Source of the DNA: Amoebidium appalachense
Taxonomy: Eukaryota; Protista; Ichthyosporea
Direction: 5' to 3'
Length of the DNA stretch: 64,000 nucleotides
Assembly: GCA_963693365.1 (NCBI GenBank)
Contig: CAVNZM010000001.1
Coordinates: 18,648,783 to 18,712,782 of the forward strand
Position 1 is the first letter of the stretch, and every line of letters begins with the position of its first letter. Made by a program: the position numbers and the translations under genes. The notes below the pieces were generated by a model. It did no database searches. It saw only the letters and a list, made by a program, of their open reading frames with translations, and was not told the origin of the DNA. This document shows positions 1 through 47,862 of the stretch, piece by piece.

Positions 1-1057
1 GGCTCTACGGTCCCGAGAGTCCAGTGTTTGCTGTGTGTGAAGGAAAAATACGAGTCACCTCAGTAGGTGACAGCCTATTTAGATAATGGTTATTTTTTAT
101 TTTTTCTCTTTGAGTCTCCGTATCCGTGAGTAGGGGTTGTTGTGTTTTCTTCTCTGAGATATCTGTGATATCTCCGGCTTACTTCTCTTTCTTGAGCATA
201 TCAATAAGATCATTATAAAAAAAATTTGGAAAAACTTTTTCTTTTGACTCGGTTTTATTGATCCGTTGATGAAGGCAACGTGCAGCCACAGGCTACATAA
301 CCACCAATAGAACTGAAAAAGCCAAAGCTACGAAATAAAAATAAAGCGACAAGTGACAAAGGACACCAGCGGGCAAAACCCTAAGTGTACGTGTATGCTT
401 GAAACTAGTTTGCTCCAACTAGTCATATGCATCGATGTTGACCAGACCACACTCCGCAAGAAGACATCATTACTGCTGCTTCCCAACAGGCCCCCCTCAA
501 AACCTACCGAGGCACAGCAAGCAAGTCAGCCTCTAAAAGAGCAATGCAGACCAAATCTGAGCTAAAAAACAAATCCCAATGGGTCCGGCCCCTAGATAAC
601 CCGGAGAAACTGCATCTAGCTCTCTGATAAGGTGGCCTAGTTGTGGCAGGACACACAGAAAAACACAATTACAGAATGCATGCAAGGAAACCCGGTCATT
701 GCCATACGACTGGAGGCTAAGAACTGGCAGTCACTTGGAAAGCTCCCCGACGACCAAGTAGCCGCCCCTCCACTCACGCAGCGCAGAAGTAGCTGAAGAA
801 GTTGCAGCAGCCCACCGCCAATAGGTCGCGTAGAAGCGTAGACAGCGGGTAGAAGTTGCCATAGGTTGCAGTGGACCACCAGGCGTTGAAGAAACCACTT
901 CTCAAGCGAGAAACTCCGCGAAAGGGAGATGCCCCCACACTCTCACAGCAGTAGGAATACACCAGGTCACACCACACATATGCTGCAGTCACGTTCCCCT
1001 GAGTGGGACTCCCTCCCACCACAAAAAGAAGAAACGAAGCCTTTATATACCTGCCAT
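1..1057 (-). CDS. Partial spliced gene of unknown function (5' part; runs off the window start), head-to-head with the myosin gene
   Basis: Predicted minus-strand exons are 1057-1051 (ATGGCAG|gtatat), 982-778 (ctgcag| ... GCTGC|gtgagt) and 30-<1 (ttccttcacacacag|). Phases are compatible and give MAAYVWCDLVYSYCCESVGASPFRGVSRLRSGFFNAWWSTATYGNFYPLSTLLRDLLAVGCCNFFSYFCAAKHWTLGTVE... No family recognised; support is splice signals and frame continuity only. Confidence 0.45.
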
Positions 1058-1792
1058 CGTGAAGAATCGGGGAAAAAAGTTGACGTGACAGCTAAGAGAT
1101 CGAAGTGAAAGTGAAGTAAAAACGGGGGTTTGACATTTTTCTGATGAAGGCTGCATTCTTTTGGGTGCCTTCTAAGCCAATCATCTGGGGATAGATAAAA
1201 CCACTTGCCACAGTTTATGTTTTCTGCGATGTTCAATGGGCGGCTGGGGGCAAGGGGCACACACACACACACACACGCACACGCATAGGCACAGTGTGCA
1301 CGTGAAACCCGTACACGTGTCGGTGATTGGGTGCAATAGGAACCGGTCAAGCTGGCTGTTGAAGTTACAAGAAAGGGACTTGCGCAAAAAGCAGGTACAG
1401 CCGGAGATTTTGGTCAAGTGTTGCAACTCAGTCTTTCTTTCTTTCTTTTTTTTTTTGGCCTCCACACGTAAATTGCCAAGGACAATACTATTGTGCCTTG
1501 CGCTTGGTGCAAACACAGAAATACTACTACTGTTGTAGAACATGCACAGTTTCGAAGTCCATTCAGCCTTGTATACGCTTTTGTTTCTTCTGTTTGAGGC
1601 AAACATGTCTTGTCGCTAGCTGATTCTGCTAAGCTGCCATGGAAAACGCAGCAGACCTTCAGGTGCGGCTGGGCCACCAGACATTCCGTAGCAATACAAA
1701 ACATGGAGTTCCCAAAATATTTTTTCCCAGACCCCTTGACAACTCTTTCTTTTTGCAGGTGCAGGTATACGGCCTGGCCGTTCGAAAGCACC

Positions 1793-29417
<27,625 letters not shown>

Positions 29418-29423
29418 GACGTG

Positions 29424-29470
<47 letters not shown>

Positions 29471-29880
29471 ACCCACCCACCCACCCACCCCTCTGCCCCT
29501 CCAAAAGAAAAATCGGAAATAAATAGAAATGTTTTCTATGTTTTCTTCTTGCTTACCATTTGGGCAAAGGATTGGTAAGTACAGATAGGTTTCGTTTTCA
29601 GTTGTACTGTATAGCAAATAGACAAGGGGCCATGTTGTGGTGGAGTCAGAAATATAATGTAACCACAGGACACACTACATTGGCTGATAAATATGTAATA
29701 GTGAGTGCATGCTCGGCAGTGCATGTAGGGTATGGAGATATATGCATTTCTCCCCTAACTTACTTCTATGGATGTTGTGGTTTGCAAACAGTTCGGCAGT
29801 CAAAAGTGCGAGACGAGGTTGGGCCGCATGTGTGCTTATGTGCGGTCAAATTGGAAAAGGGAGACCGTGCATGCGCAGGT

Positions 29881-29975
<95 letters not shown>

Positions 29976-30433
29976 TGTTCAGCTAATATGACTGGTTTTC
30001 ATAAATTTACCTATTTGCAACCCACTTCTGACTTTCTGAAGGCCATTGGCATCACAATGATTGGTATATGTACGTACATGCTCTGCAATTATTTGCCTTG
30101 CCAATAAACTCAATGAACTTTGTCAACAAAACGAAGTGTAGGGTACTAGAACAGTATTAGTGGCTCAGAGGTAGTCTGAGTTGAGATAACAGTATTGGCT
30201 GTTATAATAACAAGGCATATAACCGTGTACACGTGTGTTTATCACTGATCGTGCCGCAGCACCCAGTAAAGCTAAAATCTTTTTTGTACCATGTGCACAT
30301 GTCTTTGATGTTATATATGCCTGATGTTCATCCTGCCCACTCAAAAGTCTCGGAACTGCGGGTCATTCCGCTGAGATATTTGAACATGCCATTCCCCTCC
30401 GGATCCCCCCCTCACCTCCCCCCCCCTCCCCCC

Positions 30434-30489
<56 letters not shown>

Positions 30490-31941
30490 CATGTGCGCGC
30501 ACGTGCCGCAACACCCACACACACACATACCCCCTTTTTTTCTCACCGTTTTCCAGCCCTAGCATAGCCCGCCAACCTGCGAATGACATGATTTCGATAT
30601 CACTGAGAACGTGAAATCGTACACTTCAAGCCAGTGGCACCCAGCAAGCGACGGCAAGGCTTGGAGTTCCTTTGTACGTACGATAATGATTGGGGAAAAA
30701 CAACAGTGCTGCAAAATTTTTGCACGAACGCACAGATGTGATCAAACACACATGTACAACAAGCACACGCACCCATGCGCATGCAGACGTGCGCGCACAC
30801 ACCACACACACACATCCATGTGCACCTGGCACAAGTGCAAGCACAGTGACCGCAGTGCACGTGGCGCGCTGGATCCGGAGCGAGCCCGGGCAGCTGCCGG
30901 AGCGCGGCTAGCCGCCGCTACTAGCCCTAGTGGCCGCGGTCGTCGCCCTGGGTGTGGGCATGTGCACAGGTGGCCGCCATGCATACATGGTTTTGGGGAC
31001 CTTGGCCTGGGCAACTGGCAGCGCGTGGAGCTCGAGCCTGTGGCCACTCAGTGCACAGCCTGTGGAGATTGCGTTGAACACTGTGTTCTATATGGTTCAC
31101 CTTCTGATTGGTTTATACAACACCCAATGTTGGATCTCCTACACCGTGCGACCCCCTATCTTTCCACTGCAGAAAAAAGGCTTTTCAAATTTTGGCCGTC
31201 ATTGGTGGAGCTTTTCTTTTCTTTTTATACATAGTATTTTACTTTGCCAATTAGTAGTACAAAAATTAAGTTTTCTCATCATGCTGCACCGGCATGGATT
31301 TTGCTACATGGTAATGGTTATGCATGTAAATTTTGAAAAAGATCCAGGAAATGAAGCACCCTAACCTAAGAAGTCTTGGGGGATTGCCGGACAGCCAAGG
31401 CCTCAGGCTCTCAAAATATATCGTAGTATAATGATGTTTATTCAAAGTTAGTGTAGACTCATGACATGGGAGAAGAGTTATAATAATTTTCTACGTAAAC
31501 GCCGTAAATCGCTTGATACAGTACATTGAATACACTAAAAGAGCACAGGTATGCCTTGGCCTTGCTCATGACATGGTCATAGCAATAGCCTATTTAGGCT
31601 AATAATTTTAAATGCAGTTAATGATTTGGACGTTAAAACTTGTTACAAAATTAGAATACTAATGTCACGCACAGCATTTCTAAATACTGCGCATGTATCT
31701 TATCTGAGCGCTGTGGACCAGTCGGAAATGCGCATTTTTGATACCCGCCTGGGCGGATCGGGACGTTCTCCGGACAGAGTTCGAGACGTCTGACTCAGTT
31801 GTGTTTGTTTGTGTTGTTTGGATGTGAGACTGAGCATTTTGGCTTTCGATCTCCTGCATGTTAAGAATTCAACCGGTGTGCATCGTATATTCGTCGTCTT
31901 ATAAAGGTCGGAGTAATTATTAGTAGAGTGTCCCTGAGACA

Positions 31942-37867
<5,926 letters not shown>

Positions 37868-38640
37868 AGCATGGAACAGGTTAGAATCGGTGTGTCTGTC
37901 TCTCTCTCTCTCTCCTCCCCTCCCCCCCCCCCCCCCCCCCCCCCCTCCCTCACCACCACCACCACCACCACCACCCCCACCAAAGAACGCTCTCTCTCTC
38001 CAAACGCCGCCACCACCACCACCATCAGACCCCACCGGTTCCCATCTCCCCGTCGCCGTAAAGGTCACCTCGAGGGCCTCGTTCTGGAATATCACTCCTT
38101 TGTCTTTTTGTATTTATGAGATTGTGAAACATAACATTATCATTCTGTGCCAGTTGGAAGGTTGTTAGGAAGGTATCACTTTAGTCCTTTATTTTTCTTA
38201 GCAAAACGCTATTTAGCTTAAGAAATTTTGAACGGTTGTGGTGAATGCGAATGTCGATTGTGCAGGTTTCTTAAGTGTTCTTGAGTTCAAAACTGCAACC
38301 TCCGCTTTGAATAGCACTGTACAGGGAGTTAGAAACATGATGCTTTGTTCTACAATGATTGACACGATATTCCTACTTTTTTATTGTTTTGTGTTGTTTA
38401 GCACATGTATACTTAGTTTTTCTGTTCTTCGGACGGCGTGCACCTTACCTTGAAGAGACATCGGTAGCAAAGGGGGAGACCCTTGTAACCGTATGGTAGC
38501 ATATATCTTAGAGCAAATTTTTGAAGACACGTGCTTTTTTTTTTGTTTTTTTTTGTTTTTTGAATTGTGAGAGCCGTTGGATACGGACCAGAGGCTGTGT
38601 GTGTGTGTGTGTGTGTGTGTGCACGTGTGTGTGTGTGTGT

Positions 38641-38725
<85 letters not shown>

Positions 38726-38807
38726 CGGGGGTATATTCAACGTACAGTTTTACACCGTTCAGTCTTTTATACATGGATACGGAGATGGCTACTCATGTGC
38801 ATACCCG

Positions 38808-38808
<1 letters not shown>

Positions 38809-38851
<43 letters not shown>
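38809..38851. repeat. (TA)n microsatellite
   Basis: Directly visible. Confidence 0.95.
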
Positions 38852-38856
<5 letters not shown>

Positions 38857-40779
38857 CGGGGTTGGCTGGGCTAGCAGTAATTGTTACCTAATTTGGTGCA
38901 TTTTCCAAGACTTTCATCCACCAGGTATTTTCAGAACCTTTCACCAATATGCGCGTGCGCAGTCTTGGAAGGGGCCAGGAAATTTGGTGGGTTTAATTCA
39001 TACGGGTAGATGGAATAATCTCCATGAACTGTAAATTCAAATGTCGTGTGTAGAAATATTTGTGCCAAATCGTGCTGTAAATCTATAACCCTAACCCTAT
39101 TTAAAGCTTTGTAAGCAACGTGCCAACCCTGGTGGGCTCGACACAAAAAGTAAATTTAACGGCGGAATCTGATTGGTAGCCATGGCCCATCACGTGCACA
39201 ATTAACGTTAACTGTGTTAAATCACACACTGCCACTCTACCCGGCCCAGTCGTGGTGATGCTGTTCCCAAGTTAAATCCAGGCACAGCGTCTGAAACATC
39301 GCACATGCACAGTGACCGTATGTAGAAATCCATTCATAATCGATCATCTTGATTACTATTAGTGCACTAGGGATTCCCTTGATTGGCCCTCGAACTACAA
39401 AAATACACCCCCTTCTTCCCAGACCCCTTCACTTGCGTGCACACACACCAAGTTTGTGAGCTCAGGGAGATATCCAAGTGGCTGTGGTCGCCAGCAGCGC
39501 TAGGTAGGGGTGGTTAGGAATAGAAGTACTAATAAAAAATAATTTAAAGGGTGGGTTGGGTTGTCAAGGACTTTTGCGCATTGAAGGCGAGGCCCTCCCT
39601 TCCTCGCTTAAATTTCTCTTAGTGAACACTAAGGGAAATCAAGAGAGGAAGGGAGGGCCAAAGGGATGAGGGGGTTGGGAAAAAGGTGGGGGGGGGGGGG
39701 GGGGCACCGTTGGCTGACACCAAATATGAAGCACACCTCTCTGCAACGTTTAAATGCCAATATGTTACCCATTTTCATGAAAATATGGAATCTCGTAGAA
39801 TATAGACACCGTGACGCACACACTGTAACAAACTAACGTGCCCACAGCGTGACACGCCAAAACACGCACGGCACAACCAGATACGTGCACACATGGCAAT
39901 AGCATCATATGCACACAGTGTCACTAAATCGCACGTACGTGCACCCGTGGCACAGATACCGCGCAGCACTGCTATACATACCGTAGCACAAAAACTTTGG
40001 ATAAGTCAGAAAGTCATGCATGCTCATGTAAAGCCAAGGCGCCTTTGTACGTTCAAATCGTCGACAGTTGCACACATCCACACATCCAATCATTAGTAAT
40101 ATACCCACACAATATTTTAACACACGTGTACACAAGTACACACCCGCACACACGGGATATAGTCATGACACACACCTTGCCAATGGCAAAGTCACCAGCA
40201 CAGTGTACCTTCGGCAACAGTTGAAAGGTCTCACATGCATGCCCCACAGGCACGCGAGACAGCCTGCAAGCAGCAAACAAACCAACAGGGGTGCACAGAT
40301 TACTCCCATGTGCTCAATGATTTTATTTTCTAACGGGCTACACCACGCAGCAGAAGTAGCCACTGGGTGACATATTTAACGGTGTTTAGAATTACAATTG
40401 GTGACTAACGGTTACGAAAAATAATGCAGCACGATAGTGTTATAAAGAATTCGATGCAAAAAATAAGAGACAAAAAGAAACCCACAACCCAGAAAAACGA
40501 CAAACCCAAAATGCGAGGTCTGTATATACACAAGTTGATCATTTCAAGTTGCCATCTACTATACATTCAAACATGCAGGGGCATTGTGATTCGCTAATGG
40601 TGGTTTCTGGTGCTTGGAAAAGGGGAAGACAGTAAGCTTTCTAAATTTGCGTCTTGGTAAACATTGATCATTCACTTAATCTGTTCGATTATATTCGGCA
40701 GCTGAGTTCGGATCATACGATAATGGAGAAGTAGCCACATGGTGCAGATGTACCTGAGAAGCACCCCAAAAAGCACAGT

Positions 40780-41226
40780 TCAACCAAGTATCATCTGGTT
40801 TGATCTTCCTGTGTTCCTCCCAGAGTAGTTCGTGCCCTTTCCTCCCGTAATCCTTTCAATGTACTGCGCAACATTGAAATTATGCTCCTTGAGTGCAACT
40901 TGCTTGGGGCACCTTCCCTCCCAATCCTTCGTCTGAAAACTGGCCCCATGACTCGCCAGCACGTCCAGAATGTGAGTAAATCCACGTTCGGCGGCGAGAT
41001 GTGCCGGTGTCTGGTTGAAGTTGTTAAATGTGTCTGGGTCAAGCCCATGGTCAAGGAGCAATTGAAGGCATTCCACCGACCCGTACCATGCAGCCCAGTG
41101 GGCCGGGGTGTGACCCGGCCCGCAGTGGTGGCAGCACACGTTGGGGGTTGCTTGGTTCTTTTCCAGAAGCTCGCGAAGACGATGTGAGTCGTTAAACCGA
41201 ACTGCGTCGCATAGAAGGTCGCCCAT
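40780..41226 (-). CDS. Small intronless ankyrin-repeat protein (~148 aa; alternative start at 41241)
   Basis: Ankyrin consensus: GHTPAHWAAWYGSVECLQLLLDHGLDPD, NQTPAHLAAERGFTHILDVLASHGA, DWEGRCPKQVA. Open and uninterrupted. The first 66 codons of the 219-aa tracked ORF begin at a non-ATG codon and look non-coding. Confidence 0.88.
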   Translation of the reverse strand: MGDLLCDAVRFNDSHRLRELLEKNQATPNVCCHHCGPGHTPAHWAAWYGSVECLQLLLDHGLDPDTFNNFNQTPAHLAAERGFTHILDVLASHGASFQTKDWEGRCPKQVALKEHNFNVAQYIERITGGKGTNYSGRNTGRSNQMILG

Positions 41227-42949
41227 GGCGTTTCGGCACATTTTAAGGCTGTTTAGAGGCCAAAGCCTTTGAAATGCTCTTGGCTGTGTGAAGGATCCGG
41301 AGGTGATGAGTCTTGAAAAGAAACGTCGAAAGGAGACGGATTGGGAATTCGCCAGGAAACCACAACGTAATGCTGCAAAAAGCAAAGCGGGCCTTCTGTG
41401 ATAGTTTTGCAAGAGAAAGAGGTGGAATAGAACACGCACGTTTCTTTATTTCCGTGAGACGTGTGTGTAGGCAGGACGTGATATTACTTCCAGTTACAAC
41501 AGATGTTTTTGGGACAGTCACTCGACAAAGTTGCAACTGTGCAAAGACGCAAACAAAAACCGTCTTTTATCGCCAGACGCCTTTGAAGGCTTTCCAAGGT
41601 CTCCAACTTTGCCGGCTTTACCGACAGGATAGTCAACCAATAGAAGTAATACTGTATATATAAAAGCCATTAATGGTTATTTGTCTAATCTTTAAACTAA
41701 TTCAATAGCCTATTTATTATATTAATTTTTGCCGCTTTGCTGACACTTCAAGAATGTCTCCTCAGACCTTATAAGATTGCGATTCCCCAGAATTATTAGA
41801 ATTCGGCCTTTATGTTTTTGTAAGCTACTCAAATGATTTGGAATTATTCAGCCTAGTAAAAATAATAAAACATTTTTTAAAGCGATTAATTAGTTTTTTG
41901 TTGCTATTGGTATATTTAGCTTGTGCATCAATTGCCACAACTCTGCCTCTCAAACTACATGTGACTGAATGTAGTGAAGTGTGGTTCCCCCCATAAATTA
42001 TAAGCGCTAGGGGAATTCCCATCTTGGCCTTTTCTGCCATTCCATTGGCTAACAAACCTGCAACGTGCTTGTTGGTATGTTTTGATTCGCTCGTTTTCCA
42101 TGGAAGGTGGATCGGCATGTATGTACACTGCGAGCTGTCCGATTGGCGTGATGGTGCGTGGGCTAAACACTCGAGAGCGTGATGTCATTGTCACAGCTGT
42201 ATGTACAACTACGACGGATGTTCGGTAAAGGCCCTTTGGGAGTGGATTCGGTAATAGTATTCCGTAACACAGAATCATTCTGAATAACAGTGAATAGGTG
42301 CATGTTCGATTGTTTCCTGAACATCATTGGCAGGTCACCGTGCCCAAAAAAAAAAACCCGTGTCTAGAGGCTGTCAGCTTATAGCCTCGAATTTCTGGAA
42401 GAGGACTTTCACTTTGCATGCAGGTTTGAATGGTACTCGGGAAGTGAGATCCGAACCTCATGCACAAACCACCGTCGTACGTTGTCACTTGCCCAACGAG
42501 CTTCATTACATACTCCAAATTTTTCAGACCGTGTATGGGTGACGTCTTTGGTGAACTTCCCTATACTTTTCCACGCCACGGAATGTGGACCTGTGGTACC
42601 GGTGTGTTTGCGGGGAATGGTGCTCAATGTGGTGCACCAGTGAACATGGTCATCTTGCACATAAGAGGAAGTTGAGCATGTGTTTAGTCCATACTCATGA
42701 TAGTCCTCCAAAATAGCTATAAGTCAACCCCTGGGCCTATTCAACCCATATGCACCAGTCATAGCTTGTGAAGCCTTGTCATTTCCAGGTAAGTAGTCCC
42801 TGATGTTTCAATTTCACCAAACCTTCGAACTGAGGCTAAGAACCAGGTTGACTTCTGACTCGGTGAGATCTAACGCGTTAGTTTTCTGGCATCAAGTTGT
42901 AATGCGTGTTATGGCATTCACTCCCCCTAACCCCATCACCCCACCTCTC

Positions 42950-43560
42950 TCGCGCGCTTTCTCTCTGTGTCTCTCTTTCTCTTCTCTCTCTCTCTCTCTC
43001 CCCGAGAGTCTCTCCCGGCCCTCCCTCCCTCCCCCCCCGCCTCTATCTCTCTCTCTCTCTCCCTCCCCCCCCCCCCCCCCCTCTCTCTCTCTCTCTCTTT
43101 CTCTGTCTGTCTGTCTGTCTCCCTCCCTCCCTCCCTTCCTTCCTCTCTCCCCCCCCCCCCTCTCTCTCCGTCCCTCTTTCTCTCTCTCTCCCCCTCTGTC
43201 TCCCCCCCCCCCCCCCCTCTCTCTCTCTCTCTCTAACCCCCCTCCCTCTCTCCCTCTCCCAGTCTCTCGTTTTCTCTCTTTGTCTCTCTCTCCCTCTCAC
43301 GCATACTCTCTCTCTCTGAGCTAGACTCAAGCTGTCTCTCTGAAGGCTTTCTGTCCCTCTCCCTCCCTTTCTCCCCTCCCCCCCCCCCCCCTCCCCTCCC
43401 CCCCCCCCCCCCCCCGCCTTCGCTCTCGCTCTCTCTTTCCCCCTCCCTCCCTCCTGAAGGCTCCCCACGTTCACCCGCCCAGCGTAGCCCCTCCCTCTGT
43501 CCTCTTTTGTCCTAACATGCCTCCCGCCCATCCCCCCCCCCCCCCCCCCCCCCCCCCGAC
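42950..43560. repeat. Long polypyrimidine (CT/C) low-complexity tract
   Basis: About 600 bp almost entirely C/T on the + strand; a similar ~1.1 kb tract lies at 51100-52200 in Nudix intron 1. Confidence 0.9.
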
Positions 43561-44043
43561 GGTCGTGCCCCCCTCCCGAACGAGGCTAACCCTCCGAGCA
43601 ACGGTTATCTGGACCAAGTGTCATAAAGCTGCCTCATCCTTTCCCTAATAGAATGTCAAGTCGTGCCATAATGCATGCGCATGATATGCCTTTTTACATT
43701 CCTTTCACCCCCCATACATGTGTATTCCGTTCTTGAAGGCTTCCAATTCCTTGGAACACCTATCCCAAACCCCCCCCCCCCCCCTCCCCCCCCTTCACCC
43801 CCCCTCCCCCCCCTCTCCCTCCCCCACCTCTTCCTCGGCCACCAGGTTCGTAATACTATGCCCTCCGACCATTGGCACTATTCAATCTTAACCTAGTGAG
43901 ATGTTCCGGTAGCTCACCATGGGTATTCTGCACCTCGCCTATGGCCGGTCACCATGGTGCTTACACGTGAGGACATGGACGGCCCGTTGCAAACATGCGA
44001 GCACTTACTGAGATGCTTCCTTTGAATCCCCCCCTCCGAGTCT

Positions 44044-44078
<35 letters not shown>

Positions 44079-44997
44079 AAAAGACCCCACCCTAGGGAGA
44101 CCCCACCCCTCGTGTTCGGTGCGGTTGTCCTAATCCTTTCGAATTCCCGGTAGCCCATATCACTTTTTCTTAGCTCGAATTATATTAACCGAGAGGGAGG
44201 CCGAGGGGGAGAGTGGGCAAGAGGGGGGGGGGGGGGGGGGGAGGTGGGGGAGGGGGAATGCTATATCTTGTGTGGTGTGTGCCTGCCAGTGACACTGTGC
44301 GCGTGCATGATGCGAACGTACATGTGCTGGCTTGTATGCATGCATGCTTCTGGTGCCCACTGCGTCCTCACTGCGGTATGCGGTAACCCCCCGATTACAG
44401 TGTCTTTCTTTTCCTAGTGCATTCAATTTGTCGAAATACGAATAGTGGTGTATACGTGAACGAACTCCAGCAACAATTTGTGAACTGAGTTGCAGCTTCA
44501 AAGTTTCGAGTTGTCATGGCATTGCCAAGCGTGTGCACACGCAAGCACGATGTAAGCCAGAGGCTAGGATGGAGCTTGCAAACTTTAGTGACTCTTTGAG
44601 TAGCCGAGAGTCAACATGAAGCGCCGTTGCACAAGCGAAAACGACACCCAGTACTAGTCACCTGCGGAGTAACAAACGTTGGACTAATTTCAAGCGGAGG
44701 TTTCAGAGCATATAACACGGTATAACCTATTAGCCAGGCACCGACTACTGAAAATAGAACGTCAAAACTTAACTTGAAAAAAAGAACTTCGAAAAAAAAA
44801 GGAAGCTTCATTAATTAAGCCGCCAAGGCTTGCTGCCTGCCGTCCAACCTGCTGAAAATCTTATAATTGCCACAAAAAGGGAAGTTGCTGCTGCCGTCCA
44901 CCATGCCCTATCCCCTTCCGCAGGCCAGTCTTGAAGCCGGCAAGCCATAGGGTACAGCCCAAGCATATGCCCCAGGGCGCATATGTGACCAGACAAT

Positions 44998-45039
<42 letters not shown>

Positions 45040-46191
45040 ACACCTCCCTCCCTAATAGCTCACATGGCACATTGCAAGTATTGCAACGGGGCAAAGAATG
45101 GCACCAAGGTGAGCTAGAGGGGTTCCCTTCTTCCCCCTGAGGCTCCCTCCCCCAGGCACCATAATCCAAGAATCAAAACGAAAACAGGGCATAGTAAATG
45201 CACAGCCAGTAGCATTGGGGGTGTACTTTATTCGTGATTAGACACTTTCACCAGTTATATGTTATGATTTTTCTTCTATAATATAGTAGCTACTACAGGC
45301 CTGGTAACATCATAAATTCCGTTACGTTTCAACATACGAGCATGTGCCAGCGCGAGGGAAGGGGGGATTACACATCTAACAGGAAAAGAGCAACTCTCAT
45401 AGTAGTCTGCTAGGTGCTGTCTACAGTCTACATATAAACCTCGATATATCCATTTAACCCGGGTTTAAAACTGAATTTCTTTCATGGCTCGCCCATCTTG
45501 CTTCCGATCCTAAATCTAATACAGTCATTGCAAAACACCAGGCACAAATGTATCTCTATCTGCGCTCCTTTACCTTGCATACAGGCCTAACGCTGCATAT
45601 ATCATCACCCAAAACCGCGTCGTATTTACATGCATAGGATAAGCGATCGAGACAACCTTGAAAAAGGACCACACACACTCAGGTGACAGCCATCTCGAGT
45701 TCTCAGACATCAACTATATACCACACAATCTCGTACCATTCCTCAGAGGAAACACGTTCAAACTTCGATGAGATCCAACCCATTCCGCATTATAATAGAT
45801 GGACGTTTTGTGTTTAGGAAACTATTGGTATATTTAATAGCTATACACATCGCACATGGTCAACTGGTTTTGGCTCACAGGGCCGCGGCATGTAGGTTCA
45901 GACTACCTGGCTTGATGATGTGTCGGCCATCCACAAACCCCTTTAGAAACACGTAGTCCCCTGTAAGAATGGGCACGAGTCAACATATGCACTCCTTTAC
46001 CGCGTGTATCTCCATATGTTGTGGAAGAACACCCTGGTGTCTTCAATTAGCAACAGGCACTACCGAGCTCTTTCGAATATAAGCATACATGCATACATCA
46101 TTTGAATATACCCATACACACACACATTCACACACAGGTTCGCACACACACACACACACCCACATTTACATGCGCGCACGCGCACACACGC

Positions 46192-46223
<32 letters not shown>

Positions 46224-46337
46224 ACACACTTGTACACCTCACTTGACATTAAACTTTCTCATCGTAATGAACATTTTTGTGTGCCCCAATCTGCCTCCCC
46301 CCCCCCCCCCCTTTCCCCACTCCCCCCCCACCCCCCC

Positions 46338-46368
<31 letters not shown>

Positions 46369-46864
46369 AAAAAACAAACAAAAAAAAAAAAACCAAAAAA
46401 AAAAACCGAGTGAGTGCAAGAAGTGGATGGGCAGAACCATGTGCACACCTGTGACTGAGGAAAAGGCTTTATGTCCGCATAAAGTGCGATAGGTGTGAGT
46501 GCATGATCAAGTGCGAACTAACCGATTTCCTATGTACTGTGGTGCATGCACCGTGTCTCATGCGAGTTCGCTTCATAGATGTGTGCATGTGTGAGTCTGC
46601 GTATATCAAGGTCTGTGCCTGCATGCATGTGTGTGCCTCCGTGTGTGTGTGTGCGTGCCTAGGTGTTTTTGTGTGCCCTTACTTGTATGTCACCCAACCA
46701 GCAAAAAAAGAAGTGTGTGTGTGTGTGTGTGGTGGTGGGGGGGAGGGGGTCACGAGGGGACTCACATGGGTTGACAAGGGGTGCCAGGGATTTGTAGGGC
46801 ATGGCGTGGCAATGTGAAACTGTGGGGGTTCAACTGTCAGTGTGGGACGGCTGGGCAGCAGCCC

Positions 46865-46903
<39 letters not shown>

Positions 46904-47346
46904 AACCATACATGCGGAGGGGGAAGGCTATGTGCGTATGTGTGTGAGTGCATGCCCACTCGTGCCGCGTGCACATGTGTGTGTGTGTGTGCCCAAGGTG
47001 GGTGGGTGGGTGGGCTTTTGGGGAGGGGGGGGGGGACGACAATATAAAACGTTGCAAAGCATTTCATCAGATGCGGACATAGACCAGTGTATGAACAAGA
47101 AGTTTGTATGTGTGTTTGTGTGCGCGCGCACACTCATGTGTGTGAATGCGCACATGCGTGTTCGTGGGTGTACGTGTGCGCATTTGTAGGGAAAAATTTG
47201 AGGGGGGAGGGGGGGGGGGGCACGCGGTCACCTACATGCCCAATGACACGCACACAACCATACACAGACCATGGATCATCTAATCACAAAGACAACCACG
47301 CAGCAGCAAAATAACCATCACCCCCCTACCTATCCGTTTCATCTAT

Positions 47347-47391
<45 letters not shown>

Positions 47392-47548
47392 TCTCCCCCC
47401 TCCACCATACACATACACACCACCACCATCCTCCTTCCGTGACTTTTCCACATCCCACACCCAGGAGCCGTTCCTTGCCCCCCCTCCCCCTTCCCCCCCT
47501 CGGGGATGGGGGAGATGAGGGGGGGGATACACTAGCTGGAGCTGAGAG

Positions 47549-47594
<46 letters not shown>

Positions 47595-47806
47595 ATCCCT
47601 GCGTTATGTGGGTGTGTGTTATGCATATCCGCACATCAACTTTTTCTAAATCACACCACGTCCGTACATGTGAGCACACGTGTGTGCAGGTGTTGAGGCA
47701 GCGGGGGCTGATGGGGCATTGTATGTGCATGTGTGTGCATGTGTGTGCATGTGTGTGTGTGTGTGTGTATGTGCGCGTGCACGCCCGTGCAAGTGCAATT
47801 GCCTGT

Positions 47807-47862
<56 letters not shown>

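Noticed and set aside
31589-31598. CArG box CCTATTTAGG upstream of the CRAL-TRIO gene, and related GCTATTTAG words elsewhere
   Set aside because: A single short AT-rich motif; not distinguishable from background without genome-wide statistics.
39086-39098. TAACCCTAACCCT telomere-like repeat
   Set aside because: Only two units; expected by chance.
38857-39131. Possible MITE with C(G/A)GGGTTGGC termini
   Set aside because: Only about 9 of 11 bases match, and no target-site duplication is visible.
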